DNA of 55,946 bases from an uncultured virus (IMG/VR IMGVR_UViG_3300048813_000256). Its lineage: Duplodnaviria > Heunggongvirae > Uroviricota > Caudoviricetes. A model generated the notes under the pieces. The model worked only from the letters and a program-made list of their open reading frames with translations. It was not told the DNA's origin and made no database searches. The position numbers and the translations under genes are program-made. Within the stretch, counting starts at the first letter, position 1. Each line of letters starts with the position of its first letter. This document shows positions 8,877 through 15,514 of the stretch, one piece after another. The stretch lies in IMG/VR virus record IMGVR_UViG_3300048813_000256, one strand, 5' to 3'.

Positions 8877-9593
8877 CTACGCGGCCATAATCTCTACATC
8901 TAGCGCCATGAGCGCCGCCCGGACGTTGTTAGCGCAATCCTTGACAATGCGGGCGAAGTTAGGCGCGGGCGATCCGGCGGGCGCTTTCGCTTCCCAGATG
9001 CGAGAGAGTAGGGCAGTCACTTCGCGGGCGATTCCGTAGCTGGAAAAGTCAATCGGCATGGAGCGAGACAGGAAAGCAGCGTCTAGCCCATCTTCCGTAT
9101 TCATCGTGAAAATAAAGATCGTGTTAGGCGGGAATGCTGTGGCATCCAAGAGCGAGAGGAAAGCAGTTTGCGCCGCCCGCGTCATATAGTGCGCCTCATC
9201 TACTAAGACAAGGTGCGCTTTGCAGTTTTTCGTGATGTCCCAAGGATCATGCGGCATCCGATAGCATTGCGCCGCCACACTGTTTACAGTGTCTAGCGTG
9301 CAATCCTTAGAGGCTATGTGATGGAGTTCAGCGGGCATGAGCGCCGCGATAGCAAGCGCAAGAGTGGTCTTGCCTGTACCGGATGGCCCAACAAAACGGA
9401 GTGAGCAAGACTTAGGTTGCCTGATTAAACTGGCGGCGATTTTTCGCGCCTTTTCTAGTCCGACAAACTGATCTAAGGTACGCGGGCGGAATTCCTCAGT
9501 GAGTGAGACAGGGAAGCTAAAACCGCATTGTGCGGAATCTGGCGCGGCATCTGGCGCGGCGGGCTGGGATACTAAGGTTAGATCGTTTTCCAT
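8877..9593 (-). CDS. AAA+ ATPase of the clamp-loader clade (DnaX/RarA-like), short
   Basis: FRPRTLDQFVG, Walker A GPSGTGKT, Walker B LVLVDEAH, FIFTMN, LSRS, NVRAAL. Confidence 0.85.
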   Translation of the reverse strand: MENDLTLVSQPAAPDAAPDSAQCGFSFPVSLTEEFRPRTLDQFVGLEKARKIAASLIRQPKSCSLRFVGPSGTGKTTLALAIAALMPAELHHIASKDCTLDTVNSVAAQCYRMPHDPWDITKNCKAHLVLVDEAHYMTRAAQTAFLSLLDATAFPPNTIFIFTMNTEDGLDAAFLSRSMPIDFSSYGIAREVTALLSRIWEAKAPAGSPAPNFARIVKDCANNVRAALMALDVEIMAA

Positions 9594-9631
9594 TTCCTTG
9601 CCTCTTTCTCGCCTGTGGCGATCCTGCCATT

Positions 9632-9661
9632 AACCTATGCCGCATAGGTTTCTAGAGTCAA
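9632..9661 (-). promoter_or_regulatory. sigma70-like promoter with an overlapping palindromic operator
   Basis: Minus strand TTGACT-N18-TAGGTT; inverted repeat AACCTATGC-N-GCATAGGTT at 9632-9650; A-tract upstream at 9684-9691. Confidence 0.6.
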
Positions 9662-9925
9662 TAACAATCCGCGCCCGCCCGTCTTTTTTTTCGTGTCCTG
9701 GCCCATAACGGGAATGCCGGCATTCTGGGAAACCAGCCCGCCCGCCTTGCCCGCCCGTCTGCCCTGCCCAGCCCGCCCGCGTCTGCCCGCGTCTGCCAGC
9801 CATCGGCGCGGGCCATGACATCGGCGGGCGATTAGCAAGCGATCCGCACGCGATCCGCGAGAATCGAGTCTCGCCGCCAGTTTTCGAGTGGCATTCCAGT
9901 TTAAGTACCGTGTAATCAGCGGCTT

Positions 9926-10012
9926 AGGGGTAGGGGGCTTGCATCTCTAGCGACGCCGCGCTGCGACCGGCCTGCTGCGATGTACACACTCCCGCAGCAA
10001 AAGATTTTTCCT
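9926..10012 (+). other. candidate cos/packaging-initiation region
   Basis: GGGGTAGGGGG...ATCTCT...GACCG...AAAAGATTTTT pattern resembles sequences at cos ends of HNH/P27-TerS phages; sits at the divergence point just before HNH-TerS. Confidence 0.4.
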
Positions 10013-10077
10013 ATGAACGCTGCCGAAAAACAGGATCACGAAGAATCGGCCACCGATCCCGTGCGGTTGGGGGCCTG

Positions 10078-10437
10078 ATGCCTGCGCGTGCGCCTGTGCA
10101 TCGCGTGGCGGTGGCCAATGGGATCGGCTCAGACGCGGCCCGGCGCAAGGTTTACAACTCCTCTCTCTGGCGATATGGCACGCGTCCGAGGATCTTGGGG
10201 CGCGATCCCGTGTGTCAGATCGCCGTGCTCTGCCGCGGCTACGGGTCGAGCGTCGAAGTGGACCATGTGATCCCGATTCAAGACGGCGGCGACGAAAGCG
10301 ACGAGAACCTGCAGGGCACTTGCCACGCTGATCACTCCAGAAAGACAGCCATGGAACGTCGCGGCGGTTGGGTGCAGCCGGATCCGAAAGCAACCGTCCG
10401 CGTGGCGACGGCGCCGGCCAACCTGCGAAAGGCGTGA
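10078..10437 (+). CDS. HNH endonuclease (HK97 gp74-like terminase cofactor)
   Basis: RDPVCQ...VDHVIP..DGG....NLQ..C..DHSRKT; directly upstream of TerS. Confidence 0.9.
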   Translation: MPARAPVHRVAVANGIGSDAARRKVYNSSLWRYGTRPRILGRDPVCQIAVLCRGYGSSVEVDHVIPIQDGGDESDENLQGTCHADHSRKTAMERRGGWVQPDPKATVRVATAPANLRKA

Positions 10438-10440
10438 GTT

Positions 10441-10965
10441 ATGGGTGGAAGAGGATCGGGCGGTTCCAACCGCAAAGCAGCGGAGTTGAAGAAGCTGCAG
10501 GGAAATCAGGGACATCGCGACCTAAAGGTCCGCGCCATCAAAGGCGCGCCTGGACTCCCCGCAATGCCACCCGGCCTGACCAAGGTCGCGCAGAAAGAGT
10601 GGAAGGCGATCGTTCCGCTCCTGGTTCGCATGGGCGTGGATCTTAGCGCCGGCGACGGCAAAGCGCTGGCGGCCTATTGTTCCTGCTACGCGCAGTGGAT
10701 GCTGGCCGAGGCAGAGATTGAGCAGCACGGCATCACCATCCCGACATTCCACTTGGCCGATGGCGAGTTGATCGCCATGGACCGCAAAGTAAATCCCGCA
10801 GTCCGGGTGCGCTCTGACGCGCTGCGCCAGATGAAGAGTTTTCTGATCGAGTTCGGCCTAACTCCTGCCTCGCGCTGCAAGCTGGAAGTAAAAGATCATG
10901 GTGGAACACAAGACCCACTGGAAGACTTCCTCAGCGGAAAAGCTTCTGGGGACGTCGTGCAGTAA
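10441..10965 (+). CDS. terminase small subunit, P27 family
   Basis: LKKLQGNQG, A.KEW, LAAYC, NPA, EFGLTPASR motifs. Confidence 0.92.
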   Translation: MGGRGSGGSNRKAAELKKLQGNQGHRDLKVRAIKGAPGLPAMPPGLTKVAQKEWKAIVPLLVRMGVDLSAGDGKALAAYCSCYAQWMLAEAEIEQHGITIPTFHLADGELIAMDRKVNPAVRVRSDALRQMKSFLIEFGLTPASRCKLEVKDHGGTQDPLEDFLSGKASGDVVQ

Positions 10966-12700
10966 CATCCCGACCTTTGCTAGGTACTGCCGCGACGTGT
11001 TGGCCGGAAACATCCCCACCGGCCGGCTGGTGTTCCTGGCGGTCCAGCGCCACCTCGACGATCTCGACCAAGGGGCCAAGCGCGGCCTCCGCTTCGATCA
11101 GGACGCGGCCGCCCGCGTCATCAAATTCTTCCGCGACTTCGCTCCCTTCAAGCTTGAGCCCTTCCAGCAGTTCAAGGCGGGCTGCCTGTTTGGATGGAAG
11201 GGACCGGACGGGTTCCGCCGCTTCCGCACCGCGTACATGGAGGAAGGCAAGGGCAACGGGAAAACTCCGTGGGGCGCCGGAATTGCAGTTTACGGGCTGG
11301 TGGCCGATGGGGAGCCGGACGCCGAGATCTATTGCGCCGCGGTGACCAAGGAACAGGCTGGAATCAGCTACCGCGACGCCGCGATCATGCGCGATGCCTC
11401 GCCGCTGCTCAAAGCGAAGATCGCCAAGCACCGCAACAATCTCTCGATCGAGAAAACCAATTCGTTTCTGCGGCCGATTTCGAGCGAACATCGGGGACTC
11501 GACGGCAAGCGGCCGCACATCGTCCTGATCGACGAACTGCACGAACACCCCACCAGCCTGGTCGCCGACAAGATGCGCGCCGGGACCAAGGCCCGCCGGC
11601 AGGCTCTCATTCTTGAGATCACCAATTCCGGATACAACCGGGAAAGCGTGTGCTACCACCACCACGAATACAGCCAGAAAGTGCTGGAGGGCATCCTCGA
11701 AAACGACGGCTGGTTCGCCTATGTCTGTCACCTCGACGCGTGCGAGGAGCACCAGAAGAACGGCTACATGCAGCCCGCCGGGGACTGCAATAAGTGCGAT
11801 TCCTGGCTGGATCCGGAAACCTGGATAAAAGCCAACCCGGGCCTCGGCACCATCCTCCCGCGGAAGTACCTGCAAGAGCAGGTGACCGAGGGCGTGGCGA
11901 TGCCCAGCAAGGAAAACATCGTCCGGCGCCTGAATTTCTGCATGTGGACCCAGCAGGACGTGCGCGCGATCGGCGCCCAGGCGTGGGCCGCATGCGCCGG
12001 CGTGGAGCGGGACGCGGACCCGGTTAAAGTGCGCGAGCGATGGCTGGAGGAGCTGCGCGGCTTTTACTGCTACGGCGGCGTCGACATCGGCTGCACCGAT
12101 GACATGACCGCTTTTCTGTTGCTCTTCCCCAAGCAGGGCCCGCTGCTGAAACCGCGGGTGCTGCCCTGGTTCTTTACACCGCGTGAGTCGGTAGGGTTGC
12201 GGACCCAGCAGGACCGCGTGCCTTACGACGCGTGGGAGAAACAAGGCTTCCTGACGGTCACGCCCGGGCAGACCACGGATTACGATTTCATCCGCGCGAA
12301 AGTCAACAAGTGCGCCGCCGACTTCGATCTGCGAGAGGTTCACTTCGACCCGTACCGCGCGGTCCACATCGTCAACAATCTGCTGGCTGATGGGATCCGG
12401 ATGGTGAAGCACAGCCAGGGCATCCTCGCCATGCACGATCCTGTGGTCAACGTTCTCTCGATGGTACGGGGCGCGGAGTTTGAACACGGCAACAATCCCG
12501 TGCTGACCTGGATGGCCGACAACCTGGTGGTGCGCGCGGACGCTCAGGGAAACCAGCAGATGCAGAAGCCGGAGAATCCCAAGTCGCCCAAAAAGATTGA
12601 CGGCATGGTCGCCTTCGCGCTGGCTAAAGGCGCGCAGGATGCCAATGGCGGGGACGGCGGCGGCTCAGTCTATGAAACCCGCGGCGTGCTGGTGCTGTGA
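10898..12700 (+). CDS. terL: terminase large subunit
   Basis: RRFRTAY, Walker A GKGNGKT, DELHEH, WIKANPGLG, FDPY, KIDGMVA; true start uncertain. Confidence 0.95.
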   Translation: MVEHKTHWKTSSAEKLLGTSCSNIPTFARYCRDVLAGNIPTGRLVFLAVQRHLDDLDQGAKRGLRFDQDAAARVIKFFRDFAPFKLEPFQQFKAGCLFGWKGPDGFRRFRTAYMEEGKGNGKTPWGAGIAVYGLVADGEPDAEIYCAAVTKEQAGISYRDAAIMRDASPLLKAKIAKHRNNLSIEKTNSFLRPISSEHRGLDGKRPHIVLIDELHEHPTSLVADKMRAGTKARRQALILEITNSGYNRESVCYHHHEYSQKVLEGILENDGWFAYVCHLDACEEHQKNGYMQPAGDCNKCDSWLDPETWIKANPGLGTILPRKYLQEQVTEGVAMPSKENIVRRLNFCMWTQQDVRAIGAQAWAACAGVERDADPVKVRERWLEELRGFYCYGGVDIGCTDDMTAFLLLFPKQGPLLKPRVLPWFFTPRESVGLRTQQDRVPYDAWEKQGFLTVTPGQTTDYDFIRAKVNKCAADFDLREVHFDPYRAVHIVNNLLADGIRMVKHSQGILAMHDPVVNVLSMVRGAEFEHGNNPVLTWMADNLVVRADAQGNQQMQKPENPKSPKKIDGMVAFALAKGAQDANGGDGGGSVYETRGVLVL

Positions 12701-13146
12701 GGACGAGCGCTCGTCGGCCTGAGGGCCTTCATGCGCTCAAGTGTTCTGGCAAAAAGATCCTTTTTGAATCGGGCCCAATCCTCGTCCGACGCGAACTGAT
12801 AGACCTTGGCCACGTTGCGCCATGCGGCACCCGAGTCCTCGGCTTTGGCCTTCTGGTAGCGGGCTCTCGCCTTTTCATCTGTCCCGGATTTGCCCATATC
12901 GCAACTGCCGCAGATCCTCGTAGAACTAACTGAGGCTGTGCATCCCATCGAACGGCCGCATCGAATGCAGCTTGCCGAGCCTTCATAGATCAGGCTTGCG
13001 AGAAACCGGCCGCCCTCTCCGCTGAATCTGTAGGGCGCATGCCAGAGCGTGCCGGCGAGGGCGGGCACTTCAACGGTGGCGCCTGCGGGAACCATGACCG
13101 TTTCAACTTCGGGGAAGAGGCGATCCGTCACGTTGCCAGTGGACAT
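12670..13146 (-). CDS. hypothetical protein with CxxC...CxxC, antisense to the virion operon
   Basis: 158 aa ORF filling the TerL-portal gap; CIRC and CGSC. Confidence 0.55.
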   Translation of the reverse strand: MSTGNVTDRLFPEVETVMVPAGATVEVPALAGTLWHAPYRFSGEGGRFLASLIYEGSASCIRCGRSMGCTASVSSTRICGSCDMGKSGTDEKARARYQKAKAEDSGAAWRNVAKVYQFASDEDWARFKKDLFARTLERMKALRPTSARPHSTSTPRVS

Positions 13147-13363
13147 GAGTCCGATCCTATTCCTTTTTCAGCCGCCGGAGTCCGACGCTGGTAATCAGCC
13201 ATGTGCCGATGGGCGCAAGACCGAAGGCCAGCGCGGTCCACCAGTGGCGCAGCAAAAGATGGAACGCGGCGACAAACCAGAAAGTCAGCGTCCAGATACG
13301 CCGAGTGCTCCTTAGCAACTTCTCTCGGTCCATAGCGGGACGATCCTACCACGAGGCGTGCAC

Positions 13364-13537
13364 ATGGAACTGGCCAGCGATATCTCCATCCTCCTCGGCG
13401 TCCTCGTCGTCATCGGAGGGCTCGCGTGGATCTGGTGGCCCCTGGGCCTGCTCGCTTTGGGGTTGACGCTGATCGCTCTGGGTTTCCTGTTCCATGCCAA
13501 AGCCGCGCGGAGCAAGGCCGGCAAGGATAAATCATGA
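13364..13537 (+). CDS. small membrane protein before portal (not in the ORF track)
   Basis: MELASDISILLGVLVVIGGLAWIWWPLGLLALGLTLIALGFLFHAK..., GAGG RBS, ATGA overlap with portal. Confidence 0.75.
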   Translation: MELASDISILLGVLVVIGGLAWIWWPLGLLALGLTLIALGFLFHAKAARSKAGKDKS

Positions 13538-15159
13538 TCCTCGACTCGTTGCTCCACATGCGCGCGGACGCCGGCACCAGCACCATGGGCAATCCCGCTG
13601 GCTGGCTTTTCGATTCTTTCGGCCTGGTCCCATCCGAAGCCGGCATCCTGATTTCGGAGCGGAACGCGGTTGGCCTTTCTGCAGTGTGGACGTGTGTCAA
13701 CATTCGCGCCGGCCTTCTGGCCTCGCTGCCCTTCAATCTTTACGCGCGCACTCCCAGCGGCGGCCGCAAGCTGGCGCTCAACCGGCGCGAGCACACGATC
13801 CTGCATGATCGCACCAGCCCCGAGGATACCTCTTATCAGTTTCGCCACAAGATGGCGGTGAACTGGCTGCTGTGGGGCAACGCCTATGCCCAGATCGAGG
13901 AGGACGGCCGCGGCCAGTTGCGTTTCCTCTGGCCCTACCATCCGACCAACGTTCGCGTGCACTACGGCACAACGCGCGGCGAGTACCACTACATCGTGAC
14001 CGGGCAGGGTCAGGACGGCGGATTCGTGCAGCAGAAGGTGCTGCCCGAAAACATGCTGCACCTGCGCGGCTTCTGTTACGAAGGCGTCGAGGGCATCTCC
14101 CCGATTCAGAACTATCGCCGCGGGCTGGGCCTGGCCGTCGCCATGGAAGTCTTTTCCAGCGCCTTCTATAAGAACGGTGCCAAGACTTCGGGCGTGCTGA
14201 TGTATCCCGGCCGCCTGAGTCCGGAGGGCCGCGACAATCTGAATAAGTCCTTCGCTAACAAATACGAAGGGGTGCAGAACGCCGGCCGCACGATCCTGCT
14301 GGAAGAAGGCGCCAAGTATCAACCGCTTTCGATGCCCATGTCGGACGCAGAATTCATCGCCTCGCGGCGCATGAGCCGGGCCGAGATCGCGGGCCTGTTC
14401 CGCATTCCTTCCATGCTTGTGCCGGGCTCTGACGACAAGGCGGCCACCTTCGCCTCGAGCGAGGTCTTCAACCGTACGCTGGTGGATTACACGCTGCGCG
14501 ACGACTGCACCATGTGGGAACACGAATTCGGCACCAAGCTGTTTCCCGATGGGGACCATTTCTGCCAGTTCGATTTGAACGACCTGCTGCGCGCCGACTC
14601 CGTGGCCCGCGCGCAATACTGGCAAGCCCGCTGGCAGAGTGGATCCATTTCCGCCAACGAGATCCGCGCCGACGAGGGCGAGAATCCCATCGCGGCTCCC
14701 AGTGGCAACAAATATTACGTTCCGGTCAACTATGTGGACGCCAACGCACCGCCCAAGCCGGAGGCCAAGGTTGATCCCGCTAACCCAGATGACCCGCCGG
14801 CAGATCCCGCGAACCCGGACCCATCCAAGCGCGACCCCGGCCGATCGCCTGCCAATCCACGGCCAAAGCCGGGCAAGTCGAGCGGTTTCCGGGTGCTTCT
14901 AGCAAACGTCGTGCGCGAGATTCAAGGCTGGCAAGCCTTCAATCCGGGGCGCGCCGCGGCCAAATTGCGCGGTGTGCTGCTCGAGCCCCTGGCTGCCGAA
15001 CTCGGGGTGGATATCGCCGTCAACGCCGAATTGATGGTCAGTTGTTCCGACGCGCTGGCGCTGCGCGTGCGCGACATCCCGCCGGAAAAGATCGCTGAGG
15101 AATTGGAGCACCTGGTTTACCTGCTGGAAGAAGGGTGCCCGAGCGAGGAGAAGCCGTGA
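13534..15159 (+). CDS. portal protein, HK97 family
   Basis: SAVWTCV, LLWGNAYA, MLHLRG, GISPI, LEEGAKY, EIAGLFRIP, LLRAD, NEIRADE. Confidence 0.95.
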   Translation: MILDSLLHMRADAGTSTMGNPAGWLFDSFGLVPSEAGILISERNAVGLSAVWTCVNIRAGLLASLPFNLYARTPSGGRKLALNRREHTILHDRTSPEDTSYQFRHKMAVNWLLWGNAYAQIEEDGRGQLRFLWPYHPTNVRVHYGTTRGEYHYIVTGQGQDGGFVQQKVLPENMLHLRGFCYEGVEGISPIQNYRRGLGLAVAMEVFSSAFYKNGAKTSGVLMYPGRLSPEGRDNLNKSFANKYEGVQNAGRTILLEEGAKYQPLSMPMSDAEFIASRRMSRAEIAGLFRIPSMLVPGSDDKAATFASSEVFNRTLVDYTLRDDCTMWEHEFGTKLFPDGDHFCQFDLNDLLRADSVARAQYWQARWQSGSISANEIRADEGENPIAAPSGNKYYVPVNYVDANAPPKPEAKVDPANPDDPPADPANPDPSKRDPGRSPANPRPKPGKSSGFRVLLANVVREIQGWQAFNPGRAAAKLRGVLLEPLAAELGVDIAVNAELMVSCSDALALRVRDIPPEKIAEELEHLVYLLEEGCPSEEKP

Positions 15160-15470
15160 AGATCAATACCCCCGATGGCCTGCTGGTAAGCGTGACCGAT
15201 TTCGCCTTTGGAGAAAGCGTGGCCGATCCTACGCTGCTTACTTTCGCGGTCAGCGATGACACCCTGGCGCAGATCTTCCTCAACGCCGACCAACCCAGCA
15301 GCATTCCGCTGGGGAGCGCCCTGATCCATGCCTTCGCAGCCGGCAGCTTTACCGTCACCGCTACCGACAATTCCTCTTCGGGGCCTCAGTCGTCGAGCGC
15401 GCTGGCCATGAGGTCGACGCTCATCTTCAACTCTTACGACCTGCCGCGCTGGCCCGTGAAGCTGGCCTGA
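15156..15470 (+). CDS. hypothetical protein
   Basis: GTG overlapping the portal stop, GAGGAG RBS. Confidence 0.6.
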   Translation: MKINTPDGLLVSVTDFAFGESVADPTLLTFAVSDDTLAQIFLNADQPSSIPLGSALIHAFAAGSFTVTATDNSSSGPQSSSALAMRSTLIFNSYDLPRWPVKLA

Positions 15471-15514
15471 CAAACATTCTCGGAACTAACGGAACTCACT
15501 AGGGAGCTGCCTTT

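Larger units (their letters stand above)
1320..8879. repeat. Dispersed ~50-64 bp imperfect hairpin repeat (15 copies + 1 variant) separating gene cassettes
   Basis: Consensus (+) TAGCTGCTCAG(T/G)A(C/T)CGCG(T/C)CAACCTTGCGGCGGGCGCG(G/A)TGCTCAG(GG/AA)GCTA at 1320-1371, 1684-1735, 2158-2210, 4402-4452, 4809-4860, 5067-5120, 6021-6072, 6519-6570, 6990-7053, 7399-7451, 7544-7595, 7734-7783, 8022-8071, 8338-8389, 8828-8879; divergent copy 3210-3274. Confidence 0.97.

Noticed and set aside
1320..8879. CRISPR array
   Set aside because: Intervening sequences are 92 to >1100 bp and contain whole ORFs with RBSs; repeats vary in loop length; no cas genes
1320..8879. Repeats as Rho-independent terminators
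   Set aside because: No U-tract follows the hairpin on either strand (A-rich on the coding strand), and no promoter is visible after each copy
1320..9661. Canonical integron
   Set aside because: No intI or attI recognised, and ends are TAGC/GCTA rather than RYYYAAC/GTTRRRY; kept only as an analogy
10931..12487. Long antisense ORFs (also 13312-14625, 15974-17731, 19179-20687, 49292-50686)
   Set aside because: Shadow frames of well-supported + strand genes in high-GC DNA
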